Shown piece by piece: positions 27,901 through 36,964 of a stretch of DNA of 64,000 nt (position 1 is the first letter of the stretch; every line of letters starts with the position of its first letter). A program made the position numbers and the translations under genes. The notes beneath the pieces were generated by a model. That model was not told the origin of the DNA. It worked only from the letters and a program-made list of their open reading frames with translations, and did no database searches. The DNA is taken from NCBI RefSeq assembly GCF_037042905.1, contig NC_087252.1:18540001-18604000 (forward strand), in the 5' to 3' direction. The DNA is from Lytechinus pictus (Eukaryota).

Positions 27901-30900
27901 CCCAGAGGAGTCTATGAGGAGACTTTGTGAGTCTCTAAACATATCCTACAGAGAAGAGGATTTCACCGAAAAGAGAAAGTTGTTAAAAACAGTGTCCAAA
28001 TGGAGAAATAACATACCAAAACAAGAACATCCTAAGATGATTAGAAAGCTATCAGCAGGACTGCAAGACATAAATTTTGGTGGTGGGTATATCATAGGTC
28101 AATGAATTGAATAATGGTATGATATCAAACTGACTATATCTCCCATTGGTCTACCTTCTAAATGCATACTCGATGTTCGTCCAATAATGGCGTATGTAGC
28201 AGGATTCAATGGAGGACCCACTATTCAATAAGTAGGAGATTTAGAAACAATACAGAAAATTAGATAAGATGCGGATAAATTTTTGAAAAGAAGGGAAGAT
28301 CTCAATGTATCATGTTCGGAAAATCATTTTTAAATTCTGCAATATATATATAACTGCAGAAAAAGAATAAAATAATGTGTCGATTTCTACATTTTTTTTC
28401 ATTAAAGCAGAAATGAACTAATTGCGCCACCTCGATTCCTTAACTACTCATCTTGGGCATATTTCCTGACCCATAATAATAGTGTAGTCTAGTAATATAG
28501 ACCCACTTGAATGATAACATGCTAATTAACTACTCAATACATTTATACCGCAAAACCATAAGTAGCAAAATAATTACATTTCCTCTCAAAACATTTTAGT
28601 TTCTATATATTAATACAATTGGAGGTAAATATATTATCTGAAGTATTAGTAGATATCTGAAAACGTTTTATTATAAGACAATGTATTTATAACACACAGT
28701 CAATGAGAGACCACACACAATTCACTCCCCATGTAGCACATGGAGCTTTGCTCCTGTTTAGACACAATTCAAATACAAATCCAATTTCATATTTGGACAA
28801 AAATGCAATACAATATTTTATAGACTTGCTAAGTACTCAATAATACAATTGAAATCACAAGCATCACTTGTTTTTTTTTAGGTTTACGGTCTAATTTGTT
28901 TGGCAATAACATTAATTCAACATTCTGAAAAATGAGGTCACATCGAAAAACTTCTTGTCCGTAGGTTTGATGTCTGGTAAAAAGGGAACATCAATCTATA
29001 AAGCAGAACTGGTCGATCTTGCTCTCGATCTGATAATGGATGATCTCCGTCCGTTTGCAAAGGCCTTGGGGATCAGTGTGCGGAACTTCGTATCTTACAG
29101 AAAAGTATTCAAGCCCTCTCATCTGGAGCTTGGAACTATAAGACTTGTATTGATGCTGGTCGATATGTATCCAAAGGTTGTTTTCGAAAACAAAGATGTG
29201 AGAGTTTTTGTTTGCAGTATCCTTGACCAGGCTGGATATGTGAACGCCATGAAACGGTTCGACTTTGGTAAGTAAAAACCTTTCGAAATATTATTGAGGT
29301 TACTATTTTTAGGGATATCCTTTAGGCCTACTTTAATAAACACATCCACATAATAATTTTATCTTTTGATGTGAAACCGTTTCTTCTCTTTGCTTTTCAT
29401 TTGCGTTCATTTTATCTGGTATTCATTTTTTGCAGTTCTTTTGTATATCTTGTACTCTTTTATATTGTTCACGGTGTTGTATCAAAGCAGATTTAAGCAG
29501 ATTTTAACCGCAATTGAATATATAGATTAAAGAATTCAAATACTAAGATCATATTTCATTTTGATTCCTTTATTCACATGAAGCCTTTGAACCCAGCTAT
29601 GGAGAACTCCATTCTTTAACAACGGAATGTAAGTTTGGGTACACTGCAAACGCGAAAGAAGAGAATGATGCCGGAAATGAACGAGTGCCAACCCCTCCTC
29701 CGGGCAACGAAGTTAATGATGGCAAAGCTGTGGAGTGTGATTCACAGAAACCAGACGCCATCATTCCTTCACAAGAAGAAATTGGAGTTGACCGTAAAGA
29801 TAACGAACCTCCATACTTGCAAGAACCAGAAGTCGTAATGAAGAAGAAAATGGGCGAAGGACAATCAAAGAAAGCAACATGTTCTCTCCAAAAACTGTTT
29901 GGATTGACCGAGGAAGACATGCAAGGCATTCCAGACGCAAACGAAGCATCCAGATTTAAAGTATTTCAGATTTGGAAAGAGAAGGTGTGTCCAGTACTAA
30001 TTGATCATCGCGTGGTCTTAGCAGAGGGCTTGAAGGAAATAGATACAAGAAATATGATTATAGCTCCTCTGATAAATGGTACTTTGGTTGATATCTTTAT
30101 ATCATTGTCATCATCTTCGTCATCATCATTATCATCATCATCATCATCATTATTGTCGTCATCACCACCATCATCATCATTATGACTATTTTCATTAATT
30201 TCATTATCATTATTATTATTGCAGCTATTTTTATTGCTTTTATTATTGCAATTGCCACACTTGTTATTGTCATTTTTTTCATTTGTATTATCGGATTATC
30301 ATTATCATTACAATTGGTTACATTGATATTGCATCATATTAATATAATATAATCACTATTATCATAGCTCTTTATTACTTTTGTTTTGATCATGATGATG
30401 ATGATTATTATCATTATTAACATTTTTATCATCATTTTTTTACCATTATCATCTCATTTACTAACTCAATTATTGTTGATAAAATTTTTTGGCTATGTTA
30501 TACCGAAAATCGGCAAGTTATTCACGTTGAAAAAAAAATGGAATACAAATGAATATCAAAATGGATGGAACCGTGGCAGAATCGACAAAATAAGAATGGC
30601 TTCCCGATATGCCATTGTTCATAAATGTTTGAAATTAATAATAATGAATTTATGTTCCACTTACGATTAAAAAAGAGTACTACTTCGTCATAAATGCGTG
30701 ATATTTCTTTGAATAGCCCAATTCACACTACAGTTGTTTTACCTTTAAATTTGTGTTAGGTAATTTGTATAGCTTTATGTTATTGCAGGCTAATACCCAT
30801 CACTATTGCTTAAGGCCCCCTCACACCTACCCGAATTGCCTGAAATATGCCTTGCGATGGCTGGCGAAAGGCATTTTTTTTTAAATCGTTTTCAATGGTA

Positions 30901-32107
30901 ACTGATAACAAATCATATTAACCCTTCGTGTTTGGGATCGTACACCTTCCGATCTAACAGCTGCGATTATTCAAATTCGCGCGGAAATTTGTAACATGTT
31001 TAAAATTTCCCAATGAATTGAAAAATCGTTGGTCATCTGTTTGAATTTGCATCTCTTATTTACTCCGTGGTAATCGTTCGTGTGTTATTGTCGCGCATGG
31101 TCCCTCATCGCGCTTTTGCCAAAGTGGACCGATCTCGAAAGAACCCTTAACGAAGCTACACGATGACACAAACGTACAAGAACACCTGATCTATTCCCTC
31201 GTCTTCGTTTCTAATCGCACGCCATATCAAACCATTGCTCACTGTCCGTTCGTCTTATGGGGTTATATCAACCCTTCGCTCGCCCTCGGCTGCAATTTAC
31301 TCAAAGAGGTGAACCGAAAAATCGATATCCTTCGCATGTCATATTTATCCTTCGCTTACCGTTCGTTGACAAAATTTGACAATAGTTACTGATGGCATGA
31401 TTTGACGGAAGTTTTATTTGAATTCGTTGAATTCGCGTGCATTTCGTGCATTATCCCATTCGTCACCATTCGTCCTCCTACATTCGGTCAGGTGTGAGGG
31501 GGCTTTAAAACGTATACCGAAAGAAGGGCACTACCATCTAGTAGCCGAGAAAACAACTATTAACATTACAAACCAAACTTCATTTTTAAATTATGACTTT
31601 TCCGGAGTACGAGATTATTTTTATAGGCTATATTATCAGAAAACCCTCATTTAATTACCATTTCTGTTCATTAATGAAACATTTGCAGGCGAATTCAATG
31701 GCAGAGAAACATGCATGGGTTTCATCGACGATATGCTGAGCAGGATGGGGGAAAAACGGCGAGAATCTCTTCTACGTCTGCTGAAAAACAAACGTGATAA
31801 AGAAGATTGGGGAGGATCTGAAACGTCACAATGGATCTACGATTGGGTGGCAGATTGGACTAAAGAGATGGAAAGCTGGACCAAAGGATACGTAGAAGGG
31901 GCAGTGAAAATAAAACAAGTGAATGAGAAACACCGTAATTTCAATGACAAACTGGTAGAAAATGGCTTTTTTGACTTGGCAAGAGAAATTATGATCATCG
32001 AACAAGGGTTGGAAGTAGATCCTGTAATGGAGAGAGTCCCCGTGGCGGGAAAACTTCTAACGTACATGAAAACTTTCAAAGAAAATATCGTTCCAAAGAA
32101 AAATTGA
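894..32107 (+). CDS. 13-exon gene for a type I membrane receptor: signal peptide - IgV - IgV - IgC1-like - TM - seven death-fold-like domains (~1191 aa)
   Basis: Manual splice model join(894..954,2965..3309,3649..3966,5490..5852,18413..18481,18722..18775,19312..19593,20014..20295,21491..21802,27825..28097,28965..29267,29584..30078,31689..32107). All introns are GT-AG and phase 1; the total is 3576 nt with the frame open to TGA. Confidence 0.8.
1439..1704 (-). mobile_element. tRNA-derived SINE with (ATT)n tail
   Basis: The minus strand starts GGGCGCGTCGTGGTCTAGTGG (A box), has GGTTCGAATCC (B box) and ends in the microsatellite at 1439-1465. Confidence 0.85.
2206..2673. mobile_element. Foldback MITE built from a short minisatellite (cgtaattccgaaggtt / aaccttcggaattacg)
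   Basis: Repeat orientation flips near 2420-2430. Ends are inverted and flanked by TA. Confidence 0.75.
2965..3309 (+). CDS. Exon 2, Ig V-set domain 1
   Basis: Acceptor ttcccag, donor cag|gtaact. Motifs LTCRF, VFWKKG and YSLIIKYVNQTDRGRFICLV (C, W, D-x-G-x-F-x-C). Confidence 0.9.
3649..3966 (+). CDS. Exon 3, Ig V-set domain 2
   Basis: Acceptor cttcatag, donor a|gtaagt. Motifs VPCRV, VSWVT and YSLVIYNVTIQNEGLYLCVV. Confidence 0.9.
4034..4187 (-). mobile_element. tRNA-headed SINE, family 2 (copy 1)
   Basis: A/B boxes on the minus strand; a closely similar copy lies at 39442..39595. Confidence 0.8.
4357..5351. mobile_element. Tc1/mariner-type non-autonomous element (~1 kb), copy 1
   Basis: TIR (C/T)AGTGCGTAT...TTACACTT with TA flanks; closely similar to 24397..25367. 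Confidence 0.85.
5490..5852 (+). CDS. Exon 4, C1-like Ig domain plus start of TM (LVVAAVV)
   Basis: Acceptor tcttcatag. Motifs LTCEVRGYYP, NNTDGT and FECVAS. Donor is uncertain: c|gtacac at 5852 (weak) or g|gtcgac at 5825. Confidence 0.8.
6207..9662. mobile_element. Academ-like foldback element with long inverted arms of ~170-bp tandem units
   Basis: Termini TAG...CTA with 3-bp TSD CAA (6204-6206, 9663-9665). Arms at ~6207-6880 and ~8668-9662 are reverse complements. Confidence 0.8.
7294..7764. mobile_element. Kolobok-type MITE inserted in a SINE-like sequence inside the Academ-like element
   Basis: ttaa|AGGGGAAGTTCAACC ... GGGTGTACTCCCT|tttaa. A tRNA-like head at ~7170-7290 continues after ~7770. 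Confidence 0.6.
10075..10515. mobile_element. Palindromic Tc1/mariner-type MITE
   Basis: ta|CAG...GGGACAGTTTTGAAAAGTCT ... AGACTTTTCAAAACTGTCCC...CTG|ta, with near-complete internal symmetry. Confidence 0.8.
11428..17638 (+). repeat. Tandem duplication of a ~1.2-kb unit; the first copy is interrupted by a 3.7-kb insert
   Basis: 11428-12370 matches 16417-17358, and 16110-16391 matches 17360-17638. Confidence 0.85.
12387..16106. mobile_element. Insert bounded by ~170-bp terminal inverted repeats (superfamily unassigned)
   Basis: GGCGAAATTATTTTTCCCACCGAG...AAATTACCGGT (12387-12558) is the reverse complement of 15940-16106, and the insert is absent from the duplicate copy. Confidence 0.65.
17866..18290 (-). 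mobile_element. LINE 3' end/UTR fragment
   Basis: Reverse complement of 42930..43389, which ends in AATAAA and (ATTTGA)n. Confidence 0.65.
18413..18481 (+). CDS. Exon 5, transmembrane helix and stop-transfer (PIILLLAVTSVFITVYVVKRRNK)
   Basis: Acceptor atatttcag, donor c|gtaagt. A hydrophobic run followed by KRRNK in the phase-1 frame. Confidence 0.85.
18722..18775 (+). CDS. Exon 6, juxtamembrane micro-exon (RKYDKVPTMVMVYNPQRH)
   Basis: Strong acceptor tttttctttatag, donor g|gtaaga. 54 nt, frame-preserving. Confidence 0.75.
19312..19593 (+). CDS. Exon 7, death-fold-like domain 1
   Basis: Acceptor cctatag, donor g|gtaagg. RFCDWKANY...ACLEACSKAGWNSVVDKL resembles death-domain helices 4-6. Confidence 0.75.
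20014..20295 (+). CDS. Exon 8, death-fold-like domain 2
   Basis: Acceptor gtttag, donor a|gtaagg. ALLQELGV...TLLMQWRNTN...MLSLALEAINY. Confidence 0.8.
20890..21120 (-). mobile_element. L2/CR1-like LINE 3' fragment
   Basis: The minus strand reads AAPRQFKSLPTNLKDCRSAEHLKASLKT, like the L2 C-terminal motif APxxWNxLP...FKxxLKT, followed by an (ATT)n tail. Confidence 0.6.
21491..21802 (+). CDS. Exon 9, death-fold-like domain 3
   Basis: Acceptor ttcccttcag, donor g|gtgaga. SWYRLAVKHVGSS...QMVKDWWAEQ...KLQRAAKNM. Confidence 0.8.
23246..23828. mobile_element. Kolobok-type palindromic MITE
   Basis: TTAA|AGGAGAATGAAAC ... GTTTCATTCTCCT|TTAA with internal inverted repeats. Confidence 0.85.
24397..25367. 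mobile_element. Tc1/mariner-type non-autonomous element, copy 2
   Basis: ta|CAGTGCGTATCAAAAA ... TTTTTGATACGCACTA|ta. Confidence 0.85.
25430..25737. mobile_element. hAT-type MITE with internal ~30-bp tandem repeats
   Basis: TIR CACTAGCGTACCTA / TAGGTACGCTACCG; 8-bp TSD GTTGTACC / GTTGTACA. Confidence 0.75.
26756..27308. mobile_element. Diverged Kolobok-type MITE (same family as 23246..23828) inside a minisatellite foldback (~26160..27692)
   Basis: Starts ttaa|AGG and shares the gatcctcccat-ttgccaatgcgac motif. Outer inverted repeat ttaccaaaatgtgcagt / actgcacattttggtaa. Confidence 0.65.
27825..28097 (+). CDS. Exon 10, death-fold-like domain 4
   Basis: Acceptor ttatgtcag. MRRLCESLNIS...KTVSKWRNN...KLSAGLQDINF. 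Donor ag|gtcaat at 28097, or alternatively g|gtgggt at 28082. Confidence 0.75.
28965..29267 (+). CDS. Exon 11, death-fold-like domain 5
   Basis: Acceptor cttgtccgtag, donor g|gtaagt. LVDLALDLIMDDLRPFAKALGIS...CSILDQAGYVNAMKRF. Confidence 0.8.
29584..30078 (+). CDS. Exon 12, acidic/proline-rich segment plus death-fold-like domain 6
   Basis: Phase-1 acceptor cacatgaag (AAG), donor g|gtactt. LQKLFGLTEEDMQGI...KVFQIWKEK...VLAEGLKEI. Confidence 0.75.
30100..30455 (+). repeat. (ATC)n/(ATT)n degenerate microsatellite
   Basis: Direct reading; lies just downstream of the exon 12 donor. Confidence 0.9.
30814..31504. mobile_element. PIF/Harbinger-type MITE
   Basis: TIR GGCCCCCTCACACC / GGTGTGAGGGGGCT with TAA/TTA flanks. 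Confidence 0.75.
31689..32107 (+). CDS. Exon 13 (terminal), divergent death-fold-like domain 7 and C-terminal tail
   Basis: Acceptor atttgcag. WIYDWVADW...FNDKLVENGFFDLAREI; stop TGA at 32105-32107. Confidence 0.75.
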
Positions 32108-32386
32108 AACTAGCTGAAAAATTAATATGCACCTGGAAATGTTTAAAAACAACAAAAACGAAAATAAGTCAATTTCCATCATTTCCAGGTCGCATTAAAG
32201 TAATGATTCGTATTTTTGTAATAACGTAAATGAATGTACATACATATAAATAGGACTTCATCTTTCCCCCGGATCTTTCTTTCTACAATCATATGCAATG
32301 AACGGCGTATGACACAGGGTTTTCCTTTCCCAATACTTTAGTACCTTTATGAATCGCAGAGTACATTTATGTATGTTCGCGTGAAT

Positions 32387-33139
32387 CAGAGGCGTCGATC
32401 CTGGAGGGGCAGGGGGGCGATCGCCCCACCAATGAAAATATTGGGGGGGGGGGGGGCAAACATATCATTTTGCCCCCCAATAATTCCGGATATACCACCA
32501 AAAAAAACAAGATTGTAATGTTTAGCAAGCGAGATTGAGATTCACAACTCGTTCTTTATTTAAAATCGTGCTCAAAATGTCCGCTTTTCAGATTGGAATA
32601 TAAATTTTGTTAGCTCGCGCTTCGCGCTCGCATCATTTCTGTAGCAAAAACCCATACTTTTCATGATTGAATAGGTGAATGTAAATGTCCCATTTTCAGT
32701 TTTAAGCTTCAAAAGAACTCCTGCTTCGATTTGCAATAATCTTTTCTTGGATATATATCTTGTTCTTTATCAAAAAGTTCCATTAAACTGTCATTTTTTT
32801 CAGATCGAAATATCAAAATTTTCAGCTCGCGCTTCGCGCTCGCATCTATTCTTCTCTTAGATACCAATCTTAATCATTACTACCAAAAATGCTTAGAATA
32901 TCAAGCTTTCAGGTCAGAATATAAAGAACTTTCAGCTCACTCTCGGCACTCGTACTATCTGTGTAGTGAGATATGTATCCTCCTCATGAGTGACAAACAG
33001 CCCTAAACAGGCACGCTTTTCCTGTCAGTATGCTAAAAAAAAATCAGCTCGCGCTTCGCGCTCGCATTGTTGGTGAGATACGTGTCTGGAACGTTAATGA
33101 TTTTGCCCCCCCAATCTGAAAAATGGATCGACGCCCCTG
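32387..33139. mobile_element. hAT-type MITE in the putative 3' UTR
   Basis: TIR CAGAGGCGTCGATCC / GGATCGACGCCCCTG; perfect 8-bp TSD GCGTGAAT. Confidence 0.9.
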
Positions 33140-33304
33140 GCGTGAATACTTCACTGCAAAATTATGTACATGAGATTTGTAAAGTTTTGGTTTCTTTTAT
33201 TTCTTTGCTATTTCAGTTTTGTAAGATTCATTCTTGTTTGTCGTGTCTAAACAATCTTGCTTTTGGATTGTCGCTCATACTTCCTTTATGATTCAATCCA
33301 ATCT

Positions 33305-33310
33305 AATAAA
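33305..33310 (+). terminator. Candidate polyadenylation signal AATAAA for the receptor gene
   Basis: AATAAA about 1.2 kb after the stop codon. Use is not demonstrated. Confidence 0.35.
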
Positions 33311-33767
33311 CATTTGATATAGCGCATTTTGCTTTCGGTCACAAAGCGTTGATCACACACTTTATCATGTAGTGTATAAATCACACAGCACCATAATAGT
33401 TATCATGATATATTTGGTGTGAATGACATTGATAGTATGGAAAGTAAAATAGCCCACAGAGATGGTAAGCAGTTCATCTCGAAACAGACACTGCAAGTTA
33501 TTATTTTTGTATAGTTTACCTCATTAGAGTTTATATACTCACATTAAGGTACTTGTATTGTAGTGACAAAATATTGAAATTGATTATTTCAATATCTTGC
33601 CACTGTGAGCTTTATATCTTTGACGAAGACGAGAGGTTTGCGTCGGAAATTTGGAGAATACTTGGAAATAAACTTTGTTGGAAATGCAATGCATTACCTC
33701 ATATATATATATACATTTAACGTAACTAGATAAATGTCAACTTATTGTGGGAATTATCTTGACGTCG

Positions 33768-35654
33768 CACAGTGGGCCAAAATGAACCCAAAGTGCGCCA
33801 AAACCCATTATTCACACATTTGTATGATTAAATTTGGTAGATAGGAGTAATTTTACCCGTAGAATTCAATAAAAGTATTTTCAAATATTGATGACGTCGT
33901 TAAAATACTGTTTTCTGATTGGCTGTTAACATTTGAGCAGAAATTACATGTTTCTAATTCTACAATAAGTTTCAAATTTTCAGAAACTAGTTTTAGATAA
34001 ATTTCAGCAATAATTAAGCATATCAGCAAACAGCAAACACACAAACAGGCAACCAAACCAGAAAAGTCTGTGCTCGGGGTACAAATAATTCAATTGGTGA
34101 CCTGAGTATCGCTTAAAGAGGGCGTCCTACCATGAATCCGGAATTGTAAAATTCAAAGTGAAATTGTAAAAAAAAAATGAAAAGGAGTATTTTTATTCCC
34201 TGTGTACAATGATTAACCACACCTACATGAATTAAAATGGATTGATACCAGAAGTGGACACTGAAATCTTTAAAATAATGATTCCAGTGATTAGAGGCCG
34301 GGTCCTCTGCAGGTTAATCAGTACAAGGCCCTACAAGGCCTACCAAGAACGGCGTATACAAAGTTATTCCGAATCAGAGTCTCTCTACTATCTCAACAAC
34401 TATTGTGTCTTTGGTGAGAAGATCTTTTTAGCATACTTTGAACATCAGGGGGAAGAGGCTGTGATTGTTGTACTCTTAAAAACTTGCTCCTAATCACAAT
34501 GTCACCTGTTACCATTAGCATGTGGAATACATATAAAGTCAATGAGAATCATAAACCAAACAATCATTGAAATAATAATATACACTTCCTTCTTGATCGA
34601 TACCAACAATTATAGCAAATTTAGAATGAGCCAAGAGATAAACGAATTCATACGTGTATGTGAAGTTACAAACCCTTTTGGGGGATAAATACTAATAATG
34701 ATAATGCAATTTATACATGTAATAGAGGCCACGTATATCCCATCTGTGTCCTATACACATTTTCACATTTTGTCAGAAAACTGCGAGAGACCTATCACTG
34801 TAAGACAGCATATCAAATATGGAACACGGGATGGAACAGTTTGGCATCAAAATGAAGTTGCGTTACATGTATTATTATATAGTTAGTGGAATTGGAAATG
34901 AAATCTTGCCTTTACGTATGTTTAACGAAAATATTTTAAAGGTAGACACCAGTCACAAGAGCCACACACTTGAGCCAGCTAGAGACCCCCCCCCCCCTCT
35001 TATCTCTCTCCCAGAACGCGACGGGGAGTTTGATGTTTAATGTCACCCGCAACGTTCGGCATGCACGCGCATATAATGGGACAGTAACTTGGACCGATTT
35101 TTGTGATAAATACGGCGAACATGTGGTTGAAAAATTTGTTATATCTCCAGAAAATGCACGTATATGCAGCTAAATTTGGTATCAGTGTAAAGCATGAACT
35201 ATAACAAAGACCGCTATGGTATATACAGCGCAGCAATCGGCAGCAATTTGTAAAAGAAATGCTCATGAAAAAAAAAATGCTAAAACACCCCCATTGTCAA
35301 ATGGTTTCGTCCAAAATTGCCTCTGAAGGGATTATCATTTTATCTTGAAATCTTTGATCATTTAAAACAATTATTCATCAAAGAGCACCGTGAATTAGAA
35401 ATAAATTAAGCAATTCGTTTTGTCAAAACAGTGAAATATCTAAAACGTGTCATTTACACATGCGGTAGCCGTAAAGAGTCATTTTCCGGTAACATTGAAT
35501 AAAAATGGGCAACTAATATTCAATTTAATGGAGAAATATTGTACGGAGGCATTCTACAGGTTCTTATCTTTGCTTAGAACATGAAAAAAACAAAATTTGT
35601 TTCATGACCAAAAACCAGTTTTGGCGCACTTTTGCTCTCTCCTGGCCCACTGTG
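33768..35654. mobile_element. Non-autonomous Transib element with RSS-like ends
   Basis: CACAGTG termini, perfect 5-bp TSD CGTCG and bipartite TIRs. Confidence 0.9.
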
Positions 35655-36004
35655 CGTCGGCTCTCTGATTTCTGATTTGCTTTTCTTCTATTAATATTAA
35701 AGAGTGCCATCTACGTCAAAAAATGTTTAAAGTGCCATATTTCTGAATTATCTTGACAGAATATACCACCGTTCTAGCATATATACTGGCAGGCTATGTG
35801 TGTCGATCTGTATTCATGGCTGGGGGCTGTTTTCTCTTGTGAAGGATCTTTTTTTTTTTTTTTTAACTGTAATGGATTATTTGTTTTTCCGTTCCAATCA
35901 TGACGAAGCAAAAACGAAAATCAGCTACGTGGTTCGATATTTGAAAACACGAAAACAAAAACACTCACATGTCCTTCTTTCCCTCCCTTTCCGTCTTCCC
36001 TTTC

Positions 36005-36964
36005 TTTTTGTCTCACCTGCATAGCAGAGTGAGACTCTAGGCGCCGCTATTCCGACGGCGGCGTCAACACCAAATCTTAACCGAAGGTTAAGTTTTTGAG
36101 AAATGACAGCATAACTTACAAAGTATATGGACCTAGTTCATGAAACTTTGCCCTGAAGTTAATAAAGTATTACTGAACATCCTGCTTGAGTTTCACGTCA
36201 CATGACGAAGGTCAAAGGTCATTTAAGGTCAATGAACTTTGGCCGAATTGGGGGTATTTGTTGAATTGCCATCATAACTTTGAAAGTTTATTGGTCTAGT
36301 TCATAAAACTTGGACATAAGAGTAATCAAGTATCACTGGACATCCTGTGCGAGTTTCATGTCACATGATTTAGGTGAAAGGTCATGTAAGGTCAATGAAC
36401 ATTGGCCAAGTTGGGGGTATTTGTTGAATTGCCATCATAACTTTGAAAGTTTATTGGTCTAGTTCATAAAACTTGGACATAAGAGTAATCAAGTATCACT
36501 GGACATCCTGTGCGAGTTTCAGGTCACATGAACAAGGTCAGAGGTCAATGGACATTGGCCATGTTCGGGGTATTTGTTGAATAACCATCATAACTCTGAA
36601 AGTGTATGAATCGAGTTCATAAAACTTGGCATAAGAGTCATCAAGTATCACTGAATGTCTCATGCGAGTTTCAGGTCACATGACCAAAGTCAAAGGTCAT
36701 TTAAGGTCATTAAACTTTGGCCATTTTAGAAGTAATTATTAGATTGCTGTCATAACTTTCAAAGTTTATAGATATAGTGTATAAAATGTGGATATAGGGG
36801 TAATGAAGTATTACTGACAAGTTTTAGGTCACAAGATCAAGGTCAAATGTCAATGAACGTACTATTGTATCATTATATAAATGGTGTTTTTTGTGAATAA
36901 TCAGCACTGCTGCTATATTGAATCGCGTGATGCAGGTGAGACTTCGAGAGGCATTCCACTTGTT
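36005..36964 (+). mobile_element. Helentron-associated (DINE-1/HINE-like) element with ~165-bp internal tandem repeats
   Basis: Subterminal IR GTCTCACCTGC (36010) / GCAGGTGAGAC (36932), internal partial IR GCAGAGTGAGAC, T-rich flanks and no TSD. Confidence 0.75.

Noticed and set aside
28882..28964. Stronger upstream acceptor (T-run + AG at 28881) for exon 11
   Set aside because: All three frames hit stops before 28965. It would need a frameshift or sequence error, so 28965 is preferred.
29594..29597. CAG acceptor for exon 12
   Set aside because: It gives phase 2 relative to the coding frame and an early stop after a phase-1 donor; the AAG at 29583 fits.
30079..30670. Poly-Ser and poly-Met/Ile ORF extensions
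   Set aside because: Translation of an intronic ATC/ATT microsatellite.
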